DNA of 63,551 bases, counting the filler, from Octopus bimaculoides (taxonomy: Eukaryota), in NCBI RefSeq assembly GCF_001194135.2. It is 4 parts of 3 records of this genome, joined end to end, with 100 filler letters (N's around TTAATTAATTAA, not from the genome) between each part and the next. Parts side by side here need not be neighbours in the genome. Positions count along the whole stretch, not along the records: positions 37,688 to 51,926 come from NC_068990.1; 3 more parts are not named here. One strand, written 5' to 3'. The translations under genes were made by a program, and so were the position numbers. Shown piece by piece: positions 38,609-51,281 of this stretch. The notes under the pieces are model-generated. The model saw only the letters and a program-made list of their open reading frames with translations. It had not been told where the DNA came from and searched no databases. Every line of letters starts with the position of its first letter. Position 1 is the first letter of the stretch.

Positions 38609-39104
38609 TTAATAAACAATATCATCCAAGAGACCTGATGTTCTAGTCAATTTCTCAGTAGACATTGTCTAATTACCTTTGGGTAGTCTCATGACCTTTT
38701 CTTACTCATCTATCTTACAATTCTGTTTGACTGAAGACTTTTTATGTCACATCTCTTTTTCAATTTACACGCAATGAACATGAAGCTCTGTTGACCTAAA
38801 TGCTTGGTGCATCTGATAAATATCTACAGCATCATTTGGGAGTTGAAAAAGGTGAATGAGGAGTGGAGTGGTTAGTATGTTTATTTTATGAGGTGTGGTT
38901 TGATTTTCATGACGTTATTCCCATCCCATTTTCTCCTCTTTCTTTTTCTAAAAAATAAATCAACTTTTGGTATCTTCGTGAAGCTCAGCTTCACAAAGAT
39001 ATATCCAATGTGACAAAGTTATACTAAGACAGCACTACATGGTATAGGTCTAATTAGTTTACCACTGACCTTACTATGTACAAAGACTACAGTAAATAAC
39101 TTAC

Positions 39105-39199
39105 ATTAGGTATACAATGATACCCCATCCTGACAATGCATCTCTATCAACTGCGTTCAAGATAGCTTGAGAGACAGTTTCAAACAAGTCGTCTGGTTC
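39105..39199 (-). CDS. PSMB3: PSMB3 exon 5 (95 nt)
   Basis: tatttcag|GAA CCA GAC GAC TTG TTT GAA ... TAC CTA AT|GTAAGT; encodes [26 protein letters not shown]. Confidence 0.96.
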
Positions 39200-42100
39200 C
39201 TGAAATATAATAAATAAATAAATAAATAAATAAACAAGTACTTAAAAGATCAATAAAGATGGACAATAGCAATTTACTATTAGTGGTTTTATTCAATTTT
39301 TAAATAGTATTCATCTTAAAAGAAAAGAAAAAAAAAATGAAACCTCACTTGAGTATTTGAGATCCCTTTAGTCATACTGAGATCACAAAAGTCTCTTTAA
39401 TGCTGGTGCCATAGAATATTTACATTACACTCTGTAAAGTCTGCAGGTATCAGGAAAGGGATCCAACCATAGAAATCATACCAAAGTTTGAGATGTGTGA
39501 GGGACACATGAACCTCTAAGTTGTCTAAGAGAACATTACCTCTGAATAAAAACTAACTAAGACTGCAATGATGACTCCAAGCTGTATCAGTACGGAAGAT
39601 GGACATAAAAATGATGGTGGTAAACTAGTCAGTCTAAATGAACAGGTGTAGTTTTGACTTCACTAAAGTTGAATAAAATCCATCTATGATCCTTCAGCTC
39701 AGAGATCAAATGCCAAAAGTATTTTCAAGCAAGGCTAAATATGCATAATGATATAAAAGTATACCTTACGGTGTGTTGCATAATCTTAGCTTTCACATTC
39801 TTGACAACAGATTCTGGTTATATTACAAATGTAGAGTTACTAGTGCTTACAACTTATGTGTGATGAGTCTACATAAAGTGGATAGTGTGTTACATACACA
39901 CTAATCCATAATCGGAACCAAAGTCTGGATACAAATGACAGACAAATGATGGACCCTGATTTGACACAGAGAACTTGGTAATTGATCTGGTACTTAAAAC
40001 AGACAAATGAACCAAGACATTGTATAATAGTGTTCTCTCAGAAACACAAAATACCAGCAGTGGATCTGAATGCATGACCCATGTATAAGTACCATGTCCA
40101 CATGGTCATCTTTACACTAATAGCCAAACTATCAAACAGCACTGTCATAAATTTTTTTCTAAGACATCTTTTACTAAAGATTTTTTTCATGACTGTGACT
40201 TACTAAGCACATGATCACAAGTACACACATTAATGTTTGAGCAGGGCACATAACTCTTATCTAAAGATAGCTAAAGTCTAAAAAGAAATTTACCATCACA
40301 ATACGAAGCTTTTAAATGTATCCTGCATGAATTAAGTTAACTTGATATGTTTTATAGCATATAAAGGTAGTACCCTCTGCCTAGTCTAACTTTAGAATAA
40401 AAATGTTATTGTTTAATTAAACATATTATTGTCATTGTTATTAACATATTAATCAATCAAAAAGAAATTATAGAAAACCACCTTTAACTTTGAAAGAACC
40501 ATCATAATCATTTAAAATCTGTTTTCTATGTTGGTATGGGTTAGACAATGAAATTATAATGATGACTAACGCTGGTATCCATCACCATTTCGTGTCAGGC
40601 TCAATAGTAGCTAGCACCATCTAACTAGTGTGATACAAAGAATGGTGTTCACTCCATGCCATTCTTGTGAAATCATTTAAAAATATGTGAAATAGATAAT
40701 GCCCTTGATGGAATTGAAAATGGTGTACTTTTTGTAGGTTTAAATGAGAAAGCAAAATTTTTCAATGCTGAAGGTGATTAAAGGTCTTTACTTTTTTTTT
40801 CCTTTCTAATGAAGAATAATGCTTTTTACCCATCACAATTGAGTGAGTGGAATGAGTCTTTCTTTATGTCACAGAACAAGGTATCAGTCTTCCTATAAGC
40901 CTTTAGCAGGCAATGATAAACACAAACTAGAGTGATTGCCTCTGTCGGTTAAAGAAAAGCTAAAATGAAAAGTCTTAGATGTTTCATCTGTAGAATTGGA
41001 ATCAATTTGATGGTATGTATCAATCCTTGCCACATTGCCCAAGACCTAAATAAATAAGGTAGACTTTAATTATATAAATACTAAATAGTCAGAACTTACC
41101 AGATTTGGTTGCCATAATGACTCACACATACCATACATTTGCTCTGAACAAGTTCCACTCACAACAAAATCACCAGGGACCATGGGGCAACCAATCAAAT
41201 CCATAGAAGCAATGAAAGGTTCATATGTGATAGGATCCAATCCAGCAATGACAGGTTCAACAAAGTATGGACCAAACCTGAAAAAATATAAAATGCTCTA
41301 TTTCAGAAGGAAAAAAATTTCACATATTTTAACACATTAAATGAAATCTTAAAACAACTAGATACATTATATAAAAACCAATGCCAACTACATAGTCCAT
41401 GAACATGATAATTGTTGTTAGACTGTAATTAGCTGTAAATAGATACACTATATAATATACCAGTATAAAGAGTTTCATCACTGTATATGTTAAACTACAG
41501 CACTAAGTTCAACAAGAAATTGCACAAATAACTAAAACTAGAATTCTTGATTCTCTTGGTCCTCTTTGCTATTGGAGGTAGATGTTTGTTCTGAATTTTG
41601 AGTTTGCAGGCACGCAATAGTCTACTTCACATTAAAATAAAACCTAGCTGTTTCTTACAACAAATACATCTAAAAGCAATATTTATCCATGAACCTTTAA
41701 AATATTACTGAAAAATCCCTAATTTTCTATTTTGCTTGCATGGACCCTCAAACATCTTATGTGGGCCATATGAACCCTGGTTGAGAACCACTGCTCTACA
41801 CTCAAACTCAATGTTTAGTAAAATAAGCAAGAGTTTAGAGAACAGAACACTTACCTTCTTTCATAAAGTAAATTAGACACCATCGACATAAAAGTTTTAG
41901 GCTTTATTTTCCGGTTTTCTCTTAATTCATACAAATTCAGTCGGAACTTTAACCTCTGGCTCCTAAATTGTAAAGAAAAAAAAAAAAAAGCAAGAAAACA
42001 AGTTTTAAAATTTATAACAAGAAATTGCTCATGCGTCCATAATTAGGGGTACTGCTTCAAGGTCAGAGCAATTTTTAAGTTACAGACTCCAAGAAAGTTA

Positions 42101-42912
42101 ACCCCCAAAATAGATAACAATGGTTACCTCACTGAGCATTTACTGAAGCTAAATAGTAACATATCAGGAGTTGCAATATTAAACCTTACTGAACAAGAAC
42201 AGTAATCTAATAAAGATTTCTTACAAGAAGACTACTGCCACCTAAGAAGTGATTATAACCAATATGCAATAAGGTATTAAGTAGAAACTTTACACTGAGC
42301 ACCCAATGTAAATGAGTACACAAAAGGGTGCAATGAAGTTTTAAGTACATTCATAGAGAAGGGTTTCATATGTAACTAGGTTGTTTTCTGTCGCTATGCT
42401 GCCAGTAATCTGTTAATCATGCACGTACCTCCATAAATTGTTCTAAGTGAAAGTCTTTTTTAAAAGTCTATGTTGAGTTGTGAACCCCTACCTGTACACT
42501 AAATTCATCATTGTATTCATGGCTGACTCTCACCTTACTGACAGCACCACTGTACATGCTTGTACAGCTCTAACAAGCCACTCCTCCACTCCTAACTTCC
42601 TTAGAGACCACCATACAACAGAGCAGGGATTCTGTTGAAAGCCTTCTCCAGATCAACAAAGGCTAAGTACAATGGCTTACTTTTGTCCAAGTTCTTTTTC
42701 CTGCAGCTGTCTCACTAGGAAAATGGCATCTGTGGTACTCTTCCCATGTACAAAAACCAAACTGCATTTCATCTATTTTAATTCTATTTCTAATCAATTA
42801 AGCTATAACCCTCTCAGTAACTTTCATGACTTGGTCTAGCAATTTAATGCCTTTGTAGTTGTTTCTATTTAAGGCATCACCCTCACCTTTGTAGCAGCTA
42901 AATATAATATAT

Positions 42913-42949
<37 letters not shown>

Positions 42950-45586
42950 TGTGTGTGCCTGTGTTTGTCCTCCCATCATCACTTGACAACCAATATTGGT
43001 GTGTTTACACCCATGTAACTTAGCAGTTCAGCAAAAAAAAAACTGACTGGGGTCGATTTGTTTGACTAAAGGTGATGCTCCAGCACAGCCACAGTCATAT
43101 GACTGAAACAAGTAAAAGAATAAAAGAATATAGACTTTTTTTCTGAAGCCTCAGTTGTGTTGACAGACAAGCACTCAAAAATTCCGTTTTTAATTGAAAC
43201 TAGTTAGTTACTATGATGACAACACTATCTATCTATCTTCCACACACAGATTAATCAAAAGTACTTACACTGTCTGCACATCTGTCGCAAGACCAGGTAA
43301 ACCAATGAACAAACGTGGCCCCATTTTGAATATTTTCTGAAATTTGGTGCTCACAGTGAGAGAACTTTGTATTCCTAGACGACGGTCAGCAGCGATAGCA
43401 ACACACTCCTTTCCTTTCATTGCCAGAATGGCAGAGCCATTGTAAGTCAGAATACTCTGCAAGTGAAACACATATACACATTATGGATTACTTACATTGG
43501 CTACAAAGCCAGAAATGATAAAGGATGGGGTATAACAGGATTGAACTGACACTTGTATAGTTTATAGCATTTTGTCTGTCATATATAGCTATAATCGATT
43601 TCTAATAGTAAAACAAGGCCAAAATCTATAGAGAGGTATAAGGGAATTACATCAATGCCACTACATGACATGTTATAGCATTCAGCTACATGTGTGCATG
43701 TATGTGTGTGTATATATATATATATATCTATCAGACCACAAGATGCTAATTATTGCTGGTTACAATGTGCTTCCTCGCAGAGTTGTAGTTTTCAAATGAT
43801 GCCATGCTGCTGGCTAAGTGAACAGGTCAACATTCCCCCTGAATGGAATGTTAGTCCATTGCAAGGTTGTCAATTTACAGGTGAGTGAACTAGCTCAAGT
43901 ACAATGCACTGTTGGTCTGGAAATCAGAACCACAATCTTGTGTTCACAAGTAAAGCAACCTAACCACTAGACCATACAACTTCATACACACACATGGCTA
44001 TACGGTCAAAAAGTTTGCTTATGAACCACATGGTTTCAGGTTCAATCCTACTGCATGGCACCTTGGGGGAGTGTCTTGTGAGTAGATTTGGTAGATGGAA
44101 ATTAAAAGAAACCCACTGATTGGATATATGTGCACATTTCTTTATTCTTCTTGTACCTTTGACACTGCTTGATGAGCACTACCGCCATACGAGCAGTGTC
44201 ATTTGTTTTCAACCATCTGTGAAGACATGCCTAGCTATTAGGGAAATATTATCTGGTTTGGAAACAAGTGAGGATTGGTGACGGGGGGGGGGGGCATCTG
44301 ACTACAAAATCTGCCACGGCGAATTCCGTCTGATCCATGTAAACATAGAAAAATAGATGTCAAACTGATCGTGATGATCACTATCATATATCAAATTGAC
44401 TTTCTAGGAACGAAATGACATGATGGTTCAGGTTGGAGAGACTTTGAATAGAGGTCTACTTCGCTAAGATTAGATTGGCTCCTTTTCATAATTTTGCGTC
44501 GGAATATGGAGATATCATTCGAGATATCGCGTCCTTTCCCACTTCCCTAACACAACACTTTTTATGGAAACTGCCGAATTGATGTAAATAAACACATGAC
44601 AAAAATCGGCCTAGTATCGAAAGATCGCCGTCATGAATTAAGATCTCAACGATCTTAATTCGACTGTTCCCTCCCAGCGAATGTGGATCTTAGGTCCATG
44701 AAACATAGGACAGTTGCATAGTGAAGGGAGATAATATAAATTTAATGACTAGCAAACCTCGGTAAAGGTTTGTAATACAAAATCAACGAAACGATACACA
44801 CACACACATAACTGCATATTCTATTAACTTGATAATTTAAATTTAAAAAATTATTTAACCAATGTGAATTTGATAACAAATATATAAAAGTGTTTCAACT
44901 TGAATGAATAATAACGATTAATGAACAAAGCACGTTTATTGAACGCACACATACTCTTAATTTTATTAAAATTGTTTCAAACGTATTATTTCATTATTTT
45001 TTAAATTCATCTTTGGATATTCCTAAAATTTTAAATCCCAAGCAAAAAGGTGCGCAGCTTCTTAAACACACATCTGCATAAGAATAGCAATATTAAACAA
45101 AAGGGGTTTTATTAAAGGCCACAACGGAATTATATTTATTAATCATTCAGATTAATTCAGCTCGGAATGATTAAAGATCTACAACTCATTTTTGAATTGG
45201 TTAGTTAATTATCTTTGAATACAATTTATTTAGGTAACCAATTCCGTTTTCCGAAACACAAAGATAACCCGCGTGAGGATTGTTGCTTCATTGGTTTCAT
45301 CTGGAGTTTCCTGGACTTTGCTAAAACATTGAAATCGATTCATATATTGATATTAAAATAAAATATACATACATGCAAATTTAACTTCTGAAATTTAAAA
45401 ATATATGAATAATAATTTGATTAAAACTGATTGCTACTCAAACTATACAAAAACCAGTTTTAATATAACTTAAATAAATATAATTATGAATGATGGATAT
45501 TTCAGTAATCAATTTAAACGATTCAACAATGTGTTATTTGCTATTTCTAAATACAAAAAATCAAATCTGAGCAATAAACTTACCAT
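39105..45586 (-). CDS. PSMB3: Proteasome subunit beta type-3 gene, spliced: join(45584-45586, 43269-43456, 41855-41962, 41100-41277, 39105-39199); 3' terminal exon not located
   Basis: Hand-spliced translation: [190 protein letters not shown]. All donors are GTAAGT, all acceptors end in AG, and phases are compatible (572 nt found). Confidence 0.97.
41100..41277 (-). CDS. PSMB3: PSMB3 exon 4 (178 nt)
   Basis: ttttttcag|G TTT GGT CCA TAC ... CCA AAT CTG|GTAAGT; encodes [14 protein letters not shown]...[15 protein letters not shown]. Confidence 0.97.
41720..41793. mobile_element. hAT-like MITE terminus in PSMB3 intron 3
   Basis: ccatatgaaccctggttgagaaccactg; the same terminus occurs at 6041-6070 (ccatatggaccctggttgaaaaccactg). 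Confidence 0.55.
41855..41962 (-). CDS. PSMB3: PSMB3 exon 3 (108 nt)
   Basis: Poly-T tract then caatttag|G AGC CAG AGG TTA AAG ... GAA AGA AG|GTAAGT. Confidence 0.97.
42474..42898 (-). mobile_element. RTE RT fragment in PSMB3 intron 2
   Basis: [40 protein letters not shown] and [10 protein letters not shown]. Confidence 0.88.
42940..43130 (+). mobile_element. OK-like SINE 3' half in PSMB3 intron 2
   Basis: cacttgacaacc...ggtgtgttta...ctggggtcgatttgtttgactaaagg...gactgaaacaagtaaaaga. Confidence 0.8.
43269..43456 (-). CDS. PSMB3: PSMB3 exon 2 (188 nt)
   Basis: tttcacttgcag|AGT ATT ... CAG ACA GT|GTAAGT; matches the ORF-track peptide [26 protein letters not shown]. Confidence 0.97.
43750..43978 (-). 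mobile_element. Degenerate SINE (minus strand) in PSMB3 intron 1
   Basis: Ends caacctaaccactagaccat, the reverse complement of an A-box-type atggtctagtggttagg. Confidence 0.55.
43992..44380 (+). mobile_element. SINE with OK-like head and RTE-like tail in PSMB3 intron 1
   Basis: catggctatacggt...caggttcaatcct...gatttggtagatggaaa, then gcatctgactacaaaatctgcc...gatgtcaaactgatcgtgatga; the tail is also seen at 12480-12700. Confidence 0.65.
45584..45586 (-). CDS. PSMB3: PSMB3 exon 1 coding part (ATG only)
   Basis: Minus strand reads gcagaaatATG|GTAAGT, with A at -3 and a consensus donor; it joins exon 2 in phase 0. Confidence 0.85.
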
Positions 45587-45725
45587 ATTTCTGCTGTAAT
45601 TAACAATTAATTAAAGAATAGGACAATACTGCAAAATCGCTATGTAATGCCGCTACCCACCGTTTCGTGGTTTCATAACACTGAAAAGCGTACAAAGGAA
45701 AGACAACCATGCATTCCGTAAGCAT
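45587..45725 (-). promoter_or_regulatory. Probable PSMB3 5' UTR / proximal promoter
   Basis: Lies immediately upstream of the ATG exon and is locally CpG-enriched relative to the CpG-poor flanks. The TSS is not defined. Confidence 0.4.
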
Positions 45726-46562
45726 TTTCTTTTTTCCTTTTTTTTTTAATTTTTACATCTTAAAATTTTTATTGGGTCTAGTAATCGTCTTCAAGGGTTT
45801 AGTCGATCACATTGATCCCCAGTACTTATTTCAGTTTGATACTTATTTTCTCGATTTTGATTTATCGAACTGTTGAGATTCATGATGCAAAGGGACACAA
45901 CTTAAACGCAAGACTAATTTTGAGACCGGTGTAAACAAATTCGCACAACATATAGCATAGTCACTGCTTGTCAAATTCCATTCAAAAGTCATTGGTCAAC
46001 CCGAAACCACTGTAGTTGCCATGGTATTGTGCAGGTGACTGAACCCTGATGAAGAGGCTGCATCGCGATTTTTTTAAACCATACAACCATGCTGGCTTTT
46101 GTTTATTTTTATTCTTTGTTATTGTTTCACTGCAGGTCAGATCTGTGATCAAAGGCATGAAAGTCGTTATCATTAGAACGAGAGAGTGTAAATAACTCAA
46201 CTGCACTAAGAGCATGAATCTGAGTAATTATGATAAAGGATCACCCACTGAATGCTGTACGTAAAAAATAAATAAAATCAAAATAATATGTACGTTTTGT
46301 CTAGGTGTAAACAATAGCCTACAGCGAATATTCTGCTCAATGTCGCCGATTTGCTTGTTCATTGCTTGAGCTTAACTACTTACGAATGTTCCTTAGTGGC
46401 TGATGATATATGCATTTCTGATCACAAGCAGGAGTAGTAGAGGAGCAACATAGTCATGTGTTGAGAGGAATTCTTTGGGGTTTGAATAATTCATCTCTGG
46501 AAACAAAGGTGTTTCGTTCATTCTTAAACAAACCTTATTCCCCTCCTCCTACTTCCCCCCCA

Positions 46563-46760
46563 GCATCATCATCATTTAATGTCTGTTTTCCATGCTGGCA
46601 TGGGCTGGATAGTTTGACAGGATCTGATGAGCCACATGACTGTAATGTACTTCATGTCAGTTTTGGCAAGGTTTCTATAGCTGCATGTTCTTCCTAATAC
46701 TAACCACTTTACAGTGTGTACCAGGTGCTTTTTTTTTTTTTTTTTTCATGCTACCAGCTC
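46563..46760 (-). mobile_element. RTE 3' tail fragment
   Basis: catcatcatcatttaatgtctgttttccatgctggcatggg...cttcctaatactaaccac. Confidence 0.75.
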
Positions 46761-47654
46761 TAGTGATGAAGTTGGCCATGTAACTTGCAAGATGGGAAAG
46801 ATCAAAAAAGGGAAAAAGCCCTTTTGACTTAGTGAGGGAGTATTTGAGAGGGTGGAGAGGAGATTTTATGTCAGGGACAAGCAGAAGAATCTTGCTATGG
46901 AGAAGATACGTGGTTACTCCACATTTATATAAGGCTTGGTGGAAGTATCTGGGAAAAAGATTAGATGGTATTGGATTTTAATAGTAAGCTTGTTTCTCTT
47001 TTCAGTCTCAACTTAGTGTTTATAAAGTGTAATTTTGGTCCGGTTCTATACGCTACTGGTACCATGTTTTATGGTTAGATGGTTAATCCCACCCATTTTT
47101 ACTGCATGAGAAGTGTCTGTAGAACCTAACTATAATAAAAAATATATCCTACCAAAACTTGGAAAAAAATGACCAGTATTTTGTTGGAAAACGAATATAC
47201 AGAGTTACTTCCCCTGCACTTTTATTAAAACTTTTCACCAATCTTCCTGACTACATTTACATTTTTAAAATCTAAAAAGAACAACCTTCTTTTGACGTTT
47301 GTTTACACGTGGTCGAAGTGGCGGAAAGGTTATACACCTTTTCTTAATCTAAAGTTTATCACCCTTTCCATCTGCAAAACACACACACACATATGTCCCT
47401 ATACAATTTCTTGGCAATTTTATTGACAGTTTTCAATTGACAATAGTAACAAGTCAAGGAGGGTGCTACAATGTAGTCACTTGACCTACCAGAAATAGCT
47501 GCCTTCTCTTACTCAGATCATTCCCTGTCATCATAATAAAAAAGGACACATGGGGTGATGAACTTCTAAAAACACACTGGATGAGACAGTCATCTCATTA
47601 TCTGGCATGAAGTTGCTTGTTGTACACTCTAGTCTCTGCTCCATCTATGCAAAT

Positions 47655-47900
47655 GTGGAGGCGTGTGGTTTAGTGGTTAGGTAGGGCGTTGGACTCGTGA
47701 TTGTACGATTGTGGTTTCGATTCCTGGACTGGGTGACGCATTGTGTTCTTGAGCAAAACACTTCATTTCACATTGCTCCAGTCCACACAGCTGGCAAAAG
47801 TGAGTAATCTTGCAACAGACTGGCGTCCCATCCAGGTGGGGAATATATATGCCATGAAACTGGGAAACCGGCCCTGATGAGTCAGTATGACTTGAGAAGG
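47655..47900 (+). mobile_element. tRNA-derived SINE (same family as 36436-36680)
   Basis: tggtttagtggttag...ggtttcgattcctggactggg...tgtgttcttgagcaaaacacttcatttcac...gactggcgtcccatccagg. Confidence 0.85.
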
Positions 47901-47924
47901 TACCTTTACTTTTTCCTATGCAAA

Positions 47925-48007
<83 letters not shown>

Positions 48008-48714
48008 TCCTGTACTGTTACTGTGGCCTCTGTTCCTTAGAGTTAGCTGCTTGTGTGCCACCACCACAAAGGTATCAGCGAGAGCTGGCAATCCCCAACC
48101 TCCTTTGTCTAGCACTGTTGTATTTGATTCACTTCAACATAGCATGCTACCATCATCAAGGCATCTTAAACTGCTCTCTGCTGCAATGGAGAAATAATTT
48201 CTGCTATACACGATCTTGATTAATGACTGATAAATAAGATTGCACGAACACCTCTACTTATCTGGAAGAACAAAAGGCAAAGTTAACTTTGGTGGGATTT
48301 GAAATTACAATGCAAAGAGGCCTTACTAAGAACTGTAAGACATTTTCTCTGGGACTCTACAAGTTCTATGAGTCCATCAACTTCTGATCATTGTATAACT
48401 GACAAATATTTTGTTGGCTTATGGTGAATATAATGGTTTTAATATGGGACCCACAGAAAAGGCCTGGCTTCACTTGGTTCCATCAGGTTCAACATGAATT
48501 CACCTACCTCTAAATTGGGTCCCTTGTCTTACATACACATGAAGGTAAAATTTTCAAAGATGTTTTGACATTCCAGCAAATTATATAATATAATGAACTT
48601 ATTGTACACAGTGCTCAGGTGCACTACAACACATCAGAAAAAAAGTAGGGACTTAACACTGCCAGAAAATGTGAGAAAGGAAACTATGTAGAACCTGTAA
48701 ATGGTTAATGAATA

Positions 48715-48935
48715 TAATATTGATGATGATGATGATGATGATGATGAAGACGATGACGACGATGACGAGAATGATGACAACAAGGATAATGATGATGATG
48801 ACAATGATTAAAATGGTGACGACGACGATGATGACAGCCGATGATTTCAATGACGATGGTGCTGACAATGGTGGCAACAACGACAATGATGACATTAACA
48901 TCAGTGATGATGAGGAGGAGGATGATGACAATGTA
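48715..48935. repeat. (GAT/GAC)n compound microsatellite
   Basis: Direct inspection. Confidence 0.9.
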
Positions 48936-50067
48936 AATGTAGGATAGTATGTCAGTAGTTCAGGAAGAGAATAATCTGTTCTTTTCTTTTATTTATTTAT
49001 TTATTTGTCTTTCACCATTCTTAAGGTCAAAGTTCAACAGTTGCTGCTTTCACTGGGACTGCGGTTGCTGTTTGATGCCTTTGTTACAGTACAATGCACT
49101 ATAGGGATGTAGTCCACATAGTAATGTAGTGGGACGTGTAATGTAATGGTATAGAAGGGGAAAATATATAGTGCAGTGTCTGGATTGGGCATAGTGTACA
49201 AATGGAGGAGAGCACTGTATGGGAGGATATCAGGGTGGGTGGGTATAGGGCAGTATACAAATGAAGTGTTGAACAATGTATATGTGAAATGAAGAATAGT
49301 ATAGAAGTAAAGTAGAGCACAGTGTATAATTGAGATGTTATGTAATGAAATGTACTGGAGAAGTGTAAGGCAGTTTTACAGGTGAAGTATAAGGTAGCAT
49401 ACAGTGAAATGTAGCAGTGTACAAATGAAATAAGGAACATTGTACAACTAAGATGTGTGTGTGTGTGTACATATACACATAAATGTGATATGGTTTGTCA
49501 ACTGTGACTTTCAGACTATTAGCAGAGTGAAATGCTGCCTTTCAGTAAATGAATTAACATCTTAATGCTGCAGCGTGTATTGTGTAGTTACTACATATCA
49601 TATGTTAGACACAGTCCAATGCATAGAAATAAATAAATAAATGATATATAACACACGAGGGATGATGTTATAGAAGTGATGTAACTCAAAACAGAGAGTA
49701 AAAGAAATAATATATCAGATATTTGCTTAATTGCTTGTTGAGTAGAGTGTTACAGTGAAAGCATGCAGGACTCATAACCCAAATCAAAACTATGCACTGT
49801 GAAGAAATGGATACTATTTTTGATGCTGTTTTTCATATACCAGTTGTCACAACTGACATGTTTACAAATATATCAACCATATACATGTATATATATCTAC
49901 AGAGGTTGGAACAAATTATATTATGCAATGGAAATTTATTCAGGCTGAAAGGGTCACCACCTAACTGGAGTACAGCAAATCCAAATTAATGAGGTCTACA
50001 GAGATGACAACAACAACAAGACTTTCCACTTAGAATATATTATACTTTTACCATTTAGCCTTATATA

Positions 50068-50312
50068 CAGGGTGGGCCAAAAGTAGGTAAACACTTTTAA
50101 AATTAACTTATTTGTTTTTTACAGGTACCGTGAATAATGTGCTGTGTGTTACAGTGTTCTGGGACGTTTGAGGAATGTTCCCATGTTGAAGGAGGACATT
50201 TCGACCATTTACGAGATTAAACTGTGTTTCATAAATGTAATTGTAATAAATGAGCGTAAAAGTAATAAAATGAAAGAATTTCTAAGTGTATAGCTACTTT
50301 TGGCTCACCCTG
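50068..50312 (+). mobile_element. Tc1/mariner-type MITE (245 bp) with 19-bp TIRs and TA TSD
   Basis: TA|CAGGGTGGGCCAAAAGTAG ... CTACTTTTGGCTCACCCTG|TA (18/19 match); internal VEGGHFDHL transposase C-terminal remnant. Confidence 0.9.
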
Positions 50313-51029
50313 TATATATAGCATGTAGTCATTGGCTATGGTTGGTATATATACCATGTAGTCATTAGCTATGGTTGGTCAGAAAGTTACCATTGATTTC
50401 ATGTCTGTTATTGCTCTTAGCAATACAAATGACACATCAGACCTTGTGGCTGGGACAGGATGAAAGAGAGGGCAAGTGAAAAATTGAAATAAATTCTCTC
50501 CAAACTCTTTAAATAAATCAAACTATTAAAGAAACATTTCATACACACAAGGACCTTGTTTGTACAAGGAAAGTGAATTGAATATATATATTTGATATGT
50601 TTTTCTTTTTAGCCAGGAAATGGCTTATAATGTGATGAAGTGTTAATGACCTGACAAAATTAGTAAATCGGGCTAGTCAAGTGAAAATGTATGGCAGTAT
50701 GTACACCAAAATCTGAAGAGAGGCATTATTTAGCAAGTTTGAACTTTAAGCATTTACATTAACCTTTCCAACTCAAATAACTAAATTATAGTAATGATAA
50801 ATAATGATTTCTTTCTTTGGAATACAGAAATAATTTTTGTGGTATTTGTAATTGGTTTAATCTACCTCTTATTTGATTGTTACATAGAATATTGACCCCC
50901 AAAAGACAAAAAAAAATGGATGAAAGGCCAAACTAACTTTACTAGGATTTGATCTAAGAACATAAAGGGAAGTAACTAAATACTACAAAGCATATTATCC
51001 TGTGCTCTTCTAATTTTACAAGAGCGAGA

Positions 51030-51086
<57 letters not shown>

Positions 51087-51127
51087 TAGATAGATAGATA
51101 GATATGTATATATATATATATATGTAT

Positions 51128-51281
51128 ATCATCATCATCATCATCATCATCGTTTAACGTCCGCTTTCCATGCTAGCATGGATTGGACGATTTGACTGAG
51201 GACTGGTGAAACCGGATGGCAACACCAGGCTCCAATCTAATTTGGCAGAGTTTCTACAGCTGGATGCCCTTCCTAACGCCA
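51128..51281 (-). mobile_element. RTE 3' tail
   Basis: (cat)n cgtttaacgtccgctttccatgctagcatgg...ctggatgcccttcctaacgcc. Confidence 0.88.
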
